31,966 nt of DNA, from assembly GCA_027030425.1 (NCBI GenBank), contig JALVEW010000104.1, forward strand, positions 1 to 31,966. The letters run 5' to 3'. Both the position numbers and the translations under genes were made by a program. Below are positions 19,522 through 28,233 of this stretch, piece by piece. Numbering within the stretch: position 1 is the stretch's first letter; every line of letters begins with the position of its first letter. The stretch comes from Sedimenticola sp. (GTDB lineage Bacteria; Pseudomonadota; Gammaproteobacteria; Chromatiales; Chromatiaceae). The notes below the pieces were generated by a model that ran no database searches, was not told the DNA's origin, and worked only from the letters and a program-made list of their open reading frames with translations.

Positions 19522-22002
19522 TCAAAATGGCGCAGGCAACTCCGGGGCCGCCTCCTTGAGCAAGGCCCTGAACTGGTTCTTGACACGTTCCAGCGCTTCG
19601 TCGCTGCTTGCCTCGAAGCGGAACACCAGGGCCGATTCCGTGTTGGAGGCACGCACCAGCCCCCAAGCTTCGGAATACTCGACGCGCAGTCCGTCCATAT
19701 CCATGATATCAGCATCGGCGAAATTACCTTTGCTACGGAAATAGTCGACGATCTGCCCGGCCTTTCCCTGCGGCGTCTCCAGGCGGATGAGCGGCGTGGC
19801 CTGTGCAGGCGAATACTCGGCAAAGGCGCTGGAAACCGGCACCGACTCGATGGAAATGATTTCCATGAGGCGCGCCGCGGCATACAGGCCATCGTCAAAG
19901 CCATGCCAGCGTTCCTTTATGTAGATATGCCCCGTCTGTTCTCCCGCCAACAGTCCGCCGGTTTCCTCCAGCTTGTCCCTCATGTGTCCATGTCCGGTTT
20001 TCCACATGATGGGGCGTCCGCCATTGGCCAGAATGGTTGCGGCCAGGCTGGCACTGCTGGCAACGTCATAGATGATGTCAGCCCCGGGGTGACGACGGAT
20101 GATATCTACGGCAAGCATCATGATGAGCTGGTCCGTGGTAATCACCTGTCCCTTCTCATCCACGATGGCCAGCGCATCCCCATCGGCGTCCAGGGCCAGC
20201 CCCATGTCAGCTCCCACGGCCTGCACTTCCGCGCTCAGCGCGCTCAGATTGTCCGGATTCGAGGGGTCTGCGGGATGGTTGGGATAGCTGCCATCCGACT
20301 CGCAGAACAGGGGAGTCACTTCACAGCCCAGAGCCTCCAGCATGCGTGTGGCCAGAGACCCCGTGATGCCGTTGCCACAGTCCAGCACCACTTTCATGCC
20401 TTCGATAAGCTGAACGTCTTCCGATACCGTGCGCAGGTATTCACCACTCAACTCCCGGCTGTCCAGCTGCCCCACGCCACGCCGGGATTCCCCGTTCACC
20501 ATGCGTCCGCGAAGCTCCCGAAGCTGTTCATCGGAAATCGGCCTGCCTTCGAGGATAATCTTGAAACCGTTGAAATCCGGTGCATTGTGTCCACCGGTAA
20601 CCAGAACCGCGGACGTCGTGGCGGATACGCTGGATGCAAAAGACAACAATGGCATGGGAGCCATCCCCGCGTCTATCACATCGCACCCGGAAGCAAGGAC
20701 GCCGGCAATCAGCGAAGCAGAATAGGCGTCGCTTCCGGGACGGTTGTCACGCCCAACATAGATGCTGCTGCCACCAGCTTCCTGCACCATGCTGCCCAGC
20801 ACCAGGCCAACCGCCTGGGATATTTCTTCGTCGATACCCATGCCGGAGCGCCCGCGGATCAGGCTGGAGCGGAACAGAAACTCCGGCACCTTCTCTTCCG
20901 GAATGCACACCGGTTCTTCGGAGGAGGCGTCCTCCAGGTCACTGGCCACTATGCTGGGCTGTCCTGCCTTGTTGTCCTTGTGCTCCGCTGCAATGGCCGC
21001 GGTGCGCGTCGCCTGGGCGTAACGCGTGAGGATTTCCACCGCGGGCTGGGACTCGACCAGTCGGGGAATCTGGGTGACACTGCCCTTCCTCTTGAGGGTC
21101 GCATCCACCAGCGCCACCATCATGCCCATGTCTGCATTGTAATCACGCCTCAGACGCTGGTAGGTCCAGTAAATGGCGAGCAGAAGCAGAACGATACTGC
21201 CGCCGGCAAGTCCCGCAAGAACAGGAATGGACAAGCCCGCAATGCCACCCGTGGAATAACGGATTTTCCACAGAGTGCCTTTTACCGGCAGGCTTCCAAG
21301 CTGGCTGCCCCCCGGGTTTCCGGCACTGAGCAGGGGCAGGTTCTTGTCCTGCTCCAGCACCAGACCAATATTCTCCGACCTGAACCCCCTGAAGCTTTCC
21401 GACACCAGTTTCATGGGAAATGCCGCAAACAGGACGCCTCCAAGCTTGCCGCCACTGGTAACGGGGACCGCAAGCAGAAAATAACTCTTTCCCCTTGCAT
21501 CCTTCAGCGCTTCGACAGGGACCATTTTCCCCTGGCTGCGAACCTGCTGATACATCTCGGCTGCCGCAAAACTCCCCTGCAGGGTTTCCTGGATCTTTTC
21601 ATCATCCCAGCCCCTGGCGGGAAGCAGCCGTATCCACAGGGCATCAGACAGCTTCTTCTGCAGTACCTCCCCGACTCTGGCCATGGCATCATCACTACCG
21701 GATGAGGCCTTGCGGACATACTCACTGTCTGCAACCACCCTGACCATATCCGTTTTTCCAGTCACCACGGCGGAAACATACTGCTGCAAGGTCTTTGCCA
21801 CGAATCCCGCCGCTTCCTGCAACTTGCCGGCGGCATAACGCTCGCTCAGCCAGCTCTGCCCTGCCACCAGCCCGGAAACGGCAAGTGCCGCGATGATCAG
21901 TACAGGAATAAAATAATAGAATATGGTGTGCGGTGTGCCGGTTGCGGCTGGCGAATTACCTGCAGAACCAGACGGCTTGTCCTTTTTTTTCTTTCCTAGC
22001 AT
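19522..22002 (-). CDS. algC: Phosphomannomutase/phosphoglucomutase (AlgC-type) with a long N-terminal membrane-anchored extension
   Basis: The C-terminal roughly 460 aa is a PMM/PGM (GGHNAPDFNGFKI phospho-Ser loop, DADGDA metal loop, GEQTGH). The N-terminal roughly 370 aa has two transmembrane helices (FYYFIPVLIIAALAVSGLVAG and GIAGLSIPVLAGLAGGSIVLLLLAIYW) flanking a periplasmic domain of about 230 aa. The start is taken as the ATG at 22002, which has a strong purine-rich Shine-Dalgarno (AGGGGAGAAGGGGAA); the ORF-track start at 22026 is a TTG codon. Confidence 0.85.
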   Translation of the reverse strand: MLGKKKKDKPSGSAGNSPAATGTPHTIFYYFIPVLIIAALAVSGLVAGQSWLSERYAAGKLQEAAGFVAKTLQQYVSAVVTGKTDMVRVVADSEYVRKASSGSDDAMARVGEVLQKKLSDALWIRLLPARGWDDEKIQETLQGSFAAAEMYQQVRSQGKMVPVEALKDARGKSYFLLAVPVTSGGKLGGVLFAAFPMKLVSESFRGFRSENIGLVLEQDKNLPLLSAGNPGGSQLGSLPVKGTLWKIRYSTGGIAGLSIPVLAGLAGGSIVLLLLAIYWTYQRLRRDYNADMGMMVALVDATLKRKGSVTQIPRLVESQPAVEILTRYAQATRTAAIAAEHKDNKAGQPSIVASDLEDASSEEPVCIPEEKVPEFLFRSSLIRGRSGMGIDEEISQAVGLVLGSMVQEAGGSSIYVGRDNRPGSDAYSASLIAGVLASGCDVIDAGMAPMPLLSFASSVSATTSAVLVTGGHNAPDFNGFKIILEGRPISDEQLRELRGRMVNGESRRGVGQLDSRELSGEYLRTVSEDVQLIEGMKVVLDCGNGITGSLATRMLEALGCEVTPLFCESDGSYPNHPADPSNPDNLSALSAEVQAVGADMGLALDADGDALAIVDEKGQVITTDQLIMMLAVDIIRRHPGADIIYDVASSASLAATILANGGRPIMWKTGHGHMRDKLEETGGLLAGEQTGHIYIKERWHGFDDGLYAAARLMEIISIESVPVSSAFAEYSPAQATPLIRLETPQGKAGQIVDYFRSKGNFADADIMDMDGLRVEYSEAWGLVRASNTESALVFRFEASSDEALERVKNQFRALLKEAAPELPAPF

Positions 22003-22050
22003 TTCCCCTTCTCCCCTTTCACGCAATCCCCCCTGTTTCCATAATCACCG

Positions 22051-23244
22051 TTATTGATAATGTTCGGCCAGAATTCCAATCAACTCCCGGGCCAGGCTTT
22101 TCTTGTCCTGCACTGGCAGTGTTGCTTCTCCCCCAGGCCAGAGAACCAGCAAGGCATTCTGCTCCACATCGAATCCCAGATTCTCTCCCACCAGGTTGGC
22201 CGCAATCATGTCCACCCCCTTTTCCGCCAGCTTGGTTCCGGCATTGTCCGCCAGCGCCCGGGTCTCCGCGGCGAATCCCAGGGTGAAAGGGCCGTTCTCC
22301 AGAGCGGCCACATCGGCGAGAATGTCCGGATTCCTCACCAGCGTCAGTTCCATGCGCTCCGCATTCTTCTTGATCTTCTGGTCCGAAGGACTCACCGGGC
22401 GGTAATCCGCAACCGCGGCGCAGGCAGCAAACACATCCACTCCCTGCAGGTTGTCGAACACGGCCTCATGCATTTGCCGGGCGGACTGAACATCGATGCG
22501 CCGGACCCCGGCCGGGGTATCCAGCTTCACCGGACCCGCCACCAGCAGCACCTCAGCCCCTTGCCCGGCAAAGGCTTCGGCCAAGGCAAAACCCATTTTT
22601 CCGGAACTCCTGTTGCTGATGAACCGCACGGGGTCCACGGCCTCGCGAGTAGGACCCGCGGTAACAAGCACCCGCTTCCCGGAAAAAAGCCCGGTTTTCC
22701 GAGGGTACATCAACCCGGAAACAATTTCAGCCGCTTCCAGCATGCGCCCGGGGCCTGTATCCCCACAGGCCTGTTCACCGGAAGCCGGGCCAAGTACCTG
22801 CACACCTCGCTCTGTCAGCAGGGACAGATTGGCCCGGGTCGCCGGATGGCTCCACATGTGGATATTCATGGCCGGCGCCACCGTCACCGGCGCTGCCGTC
22901 GCCAGACAGAGAGTGGACAACAAATCATCCCCCAGGCCATGGGCCATGCGCGCGAGAAAGTCAGCGCTGGCAGGCGCAATGAGCAGGTGATCCGCCCAAC
23001 GTGCCAGTTCGATGTGCCCCATGGCCGCTTCATGTTCCTCGTCGAACAGGCGCACACGCACCGGCTGCCCCGTCACCGCCTGGAAGCTCATGGGCCCCAC
23101 GAAGCGCGTGGCCGCTTCGGTCATGACCACCCGGACATTGACGCCCGCCTTGCGAAACAGCCTGGCCAGCTCAACGCTCTTGTAGGCAGCGATACCGCCG
23201 GTTACCCCCAGCAACAGATTGTTTCCGGCTTCGATGCCCTTCAC
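22051..23244 (-). CDS. coaBC: Bifunctional phosphopantothenoylcysteine decarboxylase / phosphopantothenate--cysteine ligase
   Basis: [21 protein letters not shown] is the flavoprotein N-terminus, followed by a CoaB domain; the product is 397 aa with a GTG start. Confidence 0.93.
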   Translation of the reverse strand: MKGIEAGNNLLLGVTGGIAAYKSVELARLFRKAGVNVRVVMTEAATRFVGPMSFQAVTGQPVRVRLFDEEHEAAMGHIELARWADHLLIAPASADFLARMAHGLGDDLLSTLCLATAAPVTVAPAMNIHMWSHPATRANLSLLTERGVQVLGPASGEQACGDTGPGRMLEAAEIVSGLMYPRKTGLFSGKRVLVTAGPTREAVDPVRFISNRSSGKMGFALAEAFAGQGAEVLLVAGPVKLDTPAGVRRIDVQSARQMHEAVFDNLQGVDVFAACAAVADYRPVSPSDQKIKKNAERMELTLVRNPDILADVAALENGPFTLGFAAETRALADNAGTKLAEKGVDMIAANLVGENLGFDVEQNALLVLWPGGEATLPVQDKKSLARELIGILAEHYQ

Positions 23245-23429
23245 GTATCACCATGAACTGTGTGACAAAACGATTGGGATATAGGGTACCCGTATGCCGG
23301 GACCTGTGCAAAGACGGGGTTCCCAATCCAGGCTTGTCAGTCCCACGGCCCCCTGGAGTATACTGTGGCGGCCCGCATGGGCAAGGCACCGAGACAACCG
23401 GAATTTCGATACTTCAGGGATTTGAAGAA

Positions 23430-24104
23430 ATGGCAATCACGGACTGGCCGGCCCAGGAGCGGCCAAGGGAAAAACTGCTGCTTTCGGGGGCAAAGTCGCT
23501 TTCCGACGCGGAACTCCTGGCGATCTTTCTGAGAACCGGCACCAGGGGCAGAAGCGCCCTGGATCTCGCCCGCGACCTGCTGAAGGAATTCGGCGGTCTG
23601 CAGCCACTGCTGGCAGCCGACCGGGAGAGCTTCTGCGCCATGCCCGGCCTGGGAGACGCAAAGTTCTGCCAGCTTCAGGCGGTACTGGAAATGGCCCACC
23701 GCCACCTGGGAGAATCACTGTCCAGAAACGATGTGCTGACATCGCCCGAGGCCACCCGGCGCTACCTTCGCACCCGGCTGCAATCTTATAGGCATGAGGT
23801 CTTCGCCTGCGTCTTCCTGGACAATCGTCACCGGGTGATTGCTTTCGAGGAACTGTTCCAGGGCACCATAGACGGTGCCAGCGTCTATCCCCGGGAGGTG
23901 TTGCGGCGCTGCCTGCATCACAATGCCGCCGCGGTAATCTTCGCCCACAATCACCCGTCGGGCGTGGCGGAACCCAGCAGGGCCGACACCCATATCACCC
24001 AGCGACTCAGGGAAGCTCTGTCTCTGGTGGACATCCGGGTACTGGATCATATAGTCATCGGCCATGACCACTGTGTTTCCCTGGCGGAGCGGGGAATGCT
24101 TTAG
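23430..24104 (+). CDS. radC: RadC-family JAB/MPN-domain protein (UPF0758)
   Basis: From the ATG at 23430: [40 protein letters not shown]...HNHPSG...D (the JAMM-like HxHPSG motif). The 59 codons upstream in the ORF track are not RadC-like and are rejected. Confidence 0.88.
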   Translation: MAITDWPAQERPREKLLLSGAKSLSDAELLAIFLRTGTRGRSALDLARDLLKEFGGLQPLLAADRESFCAMPGLGDAKFCQLQAVLEMAHRHLGESLSRNDVLTSPEATRRYLRTRLQSYRHEVFACVFLDNRHRVIAFEELFQGTIDGASVYPREVLRRCLHHNAAAVIFAHNHPSGVAEPSRADTHITQRLREALSLVDIRVLDHIVIGHDHCVSLAERGML

Positions 24105-24149
24105 CATGGAGGACCAGGGCGAGAGGCGTCACGATAGGCGACTTCCTTA

Positions 24150-24668
24150 CTATATGGAAAGACGGCGCAAGGCGGGATCGGGCTCGCTCTGCTCCCAGAC
24201 CTGCATGAACTCATCGGCAAGATTGCGCACCCGCGGCGGATCGTAATAGCTGCCCCGGACATTGTTCAGGTCATGCCAGAGATTGCGCAGGACATAGCCG
24301 CTTTCGTCCGCCAGGAGGAAACTGCGAAGATCGCCATCGAACTCCGGGGCGCGCCGGCGAATCTCCACGCTGCTGGCCATGTCCTGGGCAAACTGTACCA
24401 GGCGGTGCCCGCCTCTTCCCAGTTCCGTGGTATCTGCGACCAGCAGCCGGATGCGGGTACTGGCATGCCGGATGATGAGCTGCCTCACCGCTTCCACGAA
24501 ACACCCCTGGTTGTAGATGTCCGGGTTCAGGCGGTGGGAATAGACCAGCAGCCTGCGCCGGCAACCCTCCGCCATGGCGCAGCTGTGCAGGCGCATGGCC
24601 TCCAGGCCGGCAATTCGCAGCTCTCCCCGGGTTTCACCGAGCACGGCTTTCTGGTTTTCAGGCTTCAT
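24150..24668 (-). CDS. Hypothetical protein (172 aa), no recognisable family
   Basis: Strong Shine-Dalgarno GAAGGAGGGTGG immediately upstream of the ATG at 24668. The composition looks like a globular protein (LVYSHRLNPDIYNQGCFVEAVRQLI...IRLLVADTTELG) rather than GC-frame noise. It is convergent with radC and divergent from rpmB. Confidence 0.6.
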   Translation of the reverse strand: MKPENQKAVLGETRGELRIAGLEAMRLHSCAMAEGCRRRLLVYSHRLNPDIYNQGCFVEAVRQLIIRHASTRIRLLVADTTELGRGGHRLVQFAQDMASSVEIRRRAPEFDGDLRSFLLADESGYVLRNLWHDLNNVRGSYYDPPRVRNLADEFMQVWEQSEPDPALRRLSI

Positions 24669-24805
24669 CCACCCTCCTTCAGGGCATCGCGTTGTCCCCT
24701 TGCGCTACCGCTTCTTCAAATCATAGACGATACCAGGCGCCAATCCATGATTGTTGGCAGAAATCCACATTCCACCGCCGCGGTCGCCCCCGGGGACAAA
24801 GAAAT

Positions 24806-24834
24806 TTGCCATCCCGTGCGCTCTCTGGTATAAA
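24806..24834 (+). promoter_or_regulatory. Candidate sigma70 promoter for rpmB-rpmG
   Basis: TTGCCA at 24806-24811, a 17-nt spacer, then TATAAA at 24829-24834, about 65 nt upstream of the rpmB ATG. Confidence 0.45.
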
Positions 24835-24901
24835 TGCGCGTCTTTATACGGCCCGAGTCCATTCTTGGGCGTGTTGAACCAGTTAATTCGAGGCTAGAAC
24901 C

Positions 24902-25138
24902 ATGTCCAAAGTGTGCCAGGTCACAGGCAAGCGCCCGGTAACCGGAAACAATGTTTCCCACTCTCACAGGAAGACCCGTCGTCGTTTCCTGCCCAACCTC
25001 CATTACCATCGTTTCTGGGTGGAGAGTGAGCAGCGCTGGGTTCGTCTGCGCGTCACCGCCGCAGGCATGCGCACCATCGACAAGAAGGGTATCGACGCCG
25101 TTCTCGCGGAAATCCGCGCCCGTGGCGAAAAGGTTTAA
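24902..25138 (+). CDS. rpmB: 50S ribosomal protein L28
   Basis: [51 protein letters not shown] is a canonical L28 sequence. Confidence 0.96.
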   Translation: MSKVCQVTGKRPVTGNNVSHSHRKTRRRFLPNLHYHRFWVESEQRWVRLRVTAAGMRTIDKKGIDAVLAEIRARGEKV

Positions 25139-25149
25139 GGGAGAAAATC

Positions 25150-25317
25150 ATGGCAAAGGCAGTTCGTGAAAAGATTCGCCTGGTATCCAGCGAAGGTACC
25201 GGACATTTCTATACCACCACCAAGAACAAGCGCACCCAGACTGGCAAGATGGAGATTAAGAAATACGATCCCAAGGCGCGCAAGCATGTGATGTACAAGG
25301 AAGCCAAAATCAAGTAA
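25150..25317 (+). CDS. rpmG: 50S ribosomal protein L33
   Basis: Hand translation from ATG 25150 to TAA 25315-25317 gives [55 protein letters not shown] (55 aa). It is below the length cut-off of the supplied ORF track. Confidence 0.93.
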   Translation: MAKAVREKIRLVSSEGTGHFYTTTKNKRTQTGKMEIKKYDPKARKHVMYKEAKIK

Positions 25318-25343
25318 GCCTCCTTCCTGACCCGGCTGCAAAA

Positions 25344-25368
25344 CCCCGCCCCAAGAGCGGGGTTTTTT
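25344..25368 (+). terminator. Rho-independent terminator after rpmG
   Basis: CCCCGC stem (25344-25349), a 7-nt loop, GCGGGG (25357-25362), then TTTTTT (25363-25368). Confidence 0.7.
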
Positions 25369-25700
25369 ATCTCCAGGGATGGAGTGTATGCCGCGAGAGG
25401 CCAGGGACGGCCGGAGCGGCGCATCTCCAGGGATGGAGTGGCCGGTAATCGCTCCCTGCATTACCGGCACTTCCGCCGTCCATGGCGGTCGTATGCCGCG
25501 AGAAGCCAGGGCACTGGAACTGTTCCCGACAGTTCCAGCATTTCCTCCATCCATGGAGGTCATGGGCCGGAGCGGCGCATGCCCAGGCCGTAGGTCGGGC
25601 TTTAGCCCGACAGAGATGCGGCCGCCGGAAATGTCGGACTGAAGTCCGACCTGCATTCTCAGCGCCTCCCCCTTCCCCCGCGCGCGGGAGGACATTACAG
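25369..25700. repeat. Composite intergenic repeat cluster: duplicated short motifs plus an inverted pair of REP-like hairpins
   Basis: ATCTCCAGGGATGGAGTG occurs twice (25369 and 25423). TATGCCGCGAGA(G/A)GCCAGGG occurs twice (25387 and 25492). GGCCGGAGCGGCGCAT occurs twice (25409 and 25566). Hairpins are present at GCCGGTAAT..ATTACCGGC, GGAACTG..CAGTTCC, TCGGGCTTTAGCCCGA (25597-25612) and GTCGGACTGAAGTCCGAC (25633-25650). The last two are in inverted orientation, resembling a REP pair (BIME-like). Confidence 0.7.
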
Positions 25701-25710
25701 ATGTCCCGCA

Positions 25711-26733
25711 TCAAGGGGACTTGGCGGAAATGCCGTACTTCTTCAAATATCCCCGCAGCTGCGCATAGGTCAAGCCCAGGGCCTGGGCCGTGCGGCGCTG
25801 ATTGAAGCGGTTTGCTTCCAGGGCCTGGCGCAAGAGTTGTTCTTCGTAGGCCGCGACATGCGCCTTGAAATCCTCCGGCAACTCCACCCGCTCTGGAGCC
25901 TCCACCGGCGAACCTTCCCCCTCCACTTTCCGCCCACCTTCTTCGGTAGCCGCCGCGGGTTTCCAGGGAGATGCGAAAGGATCGAACTCGAATTCCGTGA
26001 CGGGCTCATCCGGCGGCGTCCGGTACACCGCCCGCTCCACCACGTTCTTCAGCTCCCGCACGTTGCCGGGCCATGGATAAGCCTGCATCTGGGCCAGGGC
26101 TGCCTCAGAAAAGCCGGCAAAATACGGCCTGCCCAGTTCCCGGGTCATGCTCAAGGCGAACTGCTCAGCCAGCAGGGGAATATCTTCCTCCCGGTAACGC
26201 AGGGGCGGCAGGGTGATGACATCAAAACTCAGGCGATCGAGCAGATCGGCACGAAACTCGCCCCGCGCCGCCATGGCTGGCAGATCCACGTTAGCGGCCC
26301 CCACCACCCTCACGTCCACGCTCAGAGTGGCATCCCCGCCCACCCGCTCGAACTCACCGTACTCGATGACCCGCAGCAGCTTCTCCTGCAGGCGCAGGGA
26401 CATGCTGGCGATCTCATCCAGAAAAAGAGTGCCTCCATCCGCCCGTTCGAAACGCCCGGCATGGCGCTTGCCCGCCCCCGTGAAAGCTCCCGCTTCGTAA
26501 CCGAAAAGCTCGGACTCCAGCAGGGTTTCCGGCAGGGCGGCGCAGTTGACCTTTACCAGCACATTCTCCCAGCGGGAAGACAGGAAATGCAGGCGCTCCA
26601 CCATCAGCTCCTTCCCCGTGCCCCTCTCACCTATGACCAGCACCGGCTTGGACAGGGGCGCCACGGCAGAAATCCGCTCCAGGGTTTCCAGGAATGCGGA
26701 GGACTGACCGATGGGCTGTTGATGGGCTGGCAT
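25711..26733 (-). CDS. pspF: Psp operon transcriptional activator PspF (sigma54-dependent AAA+ enhancer-binding protein without a receiver domain)
   Basis: From the ATG at 26733: MPAHQQPIGQSSAFLETLERISAVAPLSKPVLVIGERGTGKELMVERLHFLSSRW, with GAFTGA and a C-terminal helix-turn-helix (RTAQALGLTYAQLRGYLKKYGI). It can be aligned to E. coli PspF along the whole length. Confidence 0.9.
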   Translation of the reverse strand: MPAHQQPIGQSSAFLETLERISAVAPLSKPVLVIGERGTGKELMVERLHFLSSRWENVLVKVNCAALPETLLESELFGYEAGAFTGAGKRHAGRFERADGGTLFLDEIASMSLRLQEKLLRVIEYGEFERVGGDATLSVDVRVVGAANVDLPAMAARGEFRADLLDRLSFDVITLPPLRYREEDIPLLAEQFALSMTRELGRPYFAGFSEAALAQMQAYPWPGNVRELKNVVERAVYRTPPDEPVTEFEFDPFASPWKPAAATEEGGRKVEGEGSPVEAPERVELPEDFKAHVAAYEEQLLRQALEANRFNQRRTAQALGLTYAQLRGYLKKYGISAKSP

Positions 26734-26856
26734 GATCTGAGTGTAGCTCAATTTAATTAAAATAAGCAATATTTAAGTATTTTTATCATTTCTTGTTTGA
26801 ATAAAACACATTATCCATGAGCCAGAAAACCTGAAACCCGAAGAAACACCATTCAA

Positions 26857-26869
26857 TATCAAATACTTA
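26857..26869 (+). promoter_or_regulatory. Candidate IHF site (TATCAAATACTTA matches WATCAANNNNTTR) upstream of the sigma54 promoter
   Basis: This is a consensus match in an AT-rich block of the pspF-pspA intergenic region. E. coli pspA is IHF-dependent. Confidence 0.3.
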
Positions 26870-26887
26870 CAGCAAAACACCCGCAGT

Positions 26888-26903
26888 TGGCACACTTCCT
26901 GTA
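26888..26903 (+). promoter_or_regulatory. Candidate sigma54 (-24/-12) promoter of the psp operon
   Basis: TGGCAC-acttc-CTGTAT at 26888-26904. The -24 element is perfect, but the -12 element reads TGT rather than TGC (the -12 GC is GT). It points toward pspA and lies about 50 nt upstream of the 109-aa ORF and about 420 nt upstream of pspA. Confidence 0.5.
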
Positions 26904-26953
26904 TATCCATAGACAAGCATCACAAACACCACTTTCACCAGGGAGAAAAGGAC

Positions 26954-27283
26954 ATGAACAACATCAGAACAGCAAAGGCCATGTTCCTTGCGGGCATGAT
27001 TGCAGCCGCAACTCCCATGGGAGCCGCCGCCGGGGAAGCACAGCAAGACCTGCAACAGGAAATCATCGAACAGGGCAACACGGCCCTGGAAGCCATGAGC
27101 ATCCGTCTGGTTCACAACATGAACTGGAGCAAGCAGATGGCCAAACAGACCTTCACTCCGGAAACCAGCACCGTGACCAAATGCCCCCAGGCGACTGCAC
27201 CTATGGAGCAGCACACCAACCGGGGAGACAATCCACAAGCAATACCTGGGGATTTCAGAACAGCCGGGATAACGAATCCTTAA
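26954..27283 (+). CDS. Predicted small secreted protein (109 aa), putative first gene of the psp operon
   Basis: GGGAG Shine-Dalgarno 8 nt before the ATG at 26954. The N-terminus MNNIRTAKAMFLAGMIAAATPMGAAAGEAQQ is a signal peptide. The first 80 or so codons are GC3-rich like neighbouring genes; the last 25 or so codons have lower GC3, so the 3' end is uncertain. Confidence 0.45.
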   Translation: MNNIRTAKAMFLAGMIAAATPMGAAAGEAQQDLQQEIIEQGNTALEAMSIRLVHNMNWSKQMAKQTFTPETSTVTKCPQATAPMEQHTNRGDNPQAIPGDFRTAGITNP

Positions 27284-27310
27284 CCTTACACATCCAGAGG
27301 AACGCAACAA

Positions 27311-27979
27311 ATGGGCATCTTCAGCAGACTGCACGACATCATCAATTCCAACATCACCACCATGCTGGACAAGGCGGAGAACCCGGAAAAGATCATCCGC
27401 CTGGTCATCCAGGAAATGGAAGACACCCTGGTGGAGGTTCGCTCGGACGCCGCCCGCACCATTGCCGAAAAGAAGAAACTCCAGCGCCGCATCGACCTGA
27501 TGCAGCGGGAAATCCAGGAATGGCAGCGCAAGGCGGAGCTGGCCCTGTCCAAGGACCGGGAGGATCTGGCGCGGGCCGCCCTCAAGGAGAAGCACAACCT
27601 GGAAACCACGGCAGATGCCATGGAGCATGAACTGGAACTGCTGGAAGAGCAGCTGGTGCAGCTCAACCAGGACACAGCCAAGCTCCAGAAGAAGCTGGAC
27701 GACGCCAAGGCGCGCCACAAGGCCATGATGATGAAGCACACCACGGTCTCCGGCCGCCTGCGCACCCGGGAGAAGCTGCACGATTCCCGCATCGACGACG
27801 CCCTGGCCCGATTCGAGTCCGTGGAGCAGAAGATGGAGCACATGGAAGGCAAGGTGGAGTCCTACGACCTGGGACGCGACCCCAGCCTGGAAGACCAGTT
27901 CGCCGAACTGGAGGCAGAGGATATAATCGAGGACGAGCTGAGCAAGCTGAAGTCCCGCCTGTCAGAAAAGAAACAGTAA
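27311..27979 (+). CDS. pspA: Phage shock protein A (PspA/IM30 family)
   Basis: [45 protein letters not shown] matches E. coli PspA ([45 protein letters not shown]). The product is 222 aa and coiled-coil. Confidence 0.95.
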   Translation: [222 protein letters not shown]

Positions 27980-28000
27980 CCCCTCCAGAGGACAGAACCC

Positions 28001-28231
28001 ATGAACCCATTCGAGATGACCGTCATCATTGTCGCTCTTGCCATTCTTGGCGGCGTCATCAAGCACTATCTCGACAGTCGCGGCGACATCGAGGCATCCA
28101 GCGAGGAGCATCAGCGCCTGCTGTCCCGCATCGACGACATGGAGGAACGCATTCGGGTACTGGAACGCATCGTCACCGAGGAAAACTACGACCTCAAGCG
28201 CCAGTTCCGTGATCTGGACAAGGAGGAATAA
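28001..28231 (+). CDS. Small single-TM protein with a PspB/PspC-like leucine-zipper tail (extra Psp membrane component)
   Basis: The 76-aa product has a transmembrane helix (TVIIVALAILGGVI) and then EEHQRLLSRIDDMEERIRVLERIVTEENYDLKRQFRDL. The tail resembles the PspC C-terminus (LREMERYVTSDTFTLRSRFRQL) and the PspB helix. A GAGGA Shine-Dalgarno lies 8 nt upstream. Confidence 0.65.
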   Translation: MNPFEMTVIIVALAILGGVIKHYLDSRGDIEASSEEHQRLLSRIDDMEERIRVLERIVTEENYDLKRQFRDLDKEE

Positions 28232-28233
28232 CG

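Noticed and set aside
24273-24833. 186-aa plus-strand ORF overlapping the 172-aa minus-strand gene.
   Set aside because: It is P/A/R/G-rich and looks like a non-coding GC frame, with no Shine-Dalgarno. The minus-strand gene has a strong Shine-Dalgarno and a globular composition.
25660-25700. GC-rich palindrome CCTCCC...CCGCGCGCGGGAGG just downstream of the pspF stop, as a pspF terminator.
   Set aside because: The stem is imperfect and no U-run follows on the minus strand. The nearby REP-like hairpins are more likely to define the 3' end.
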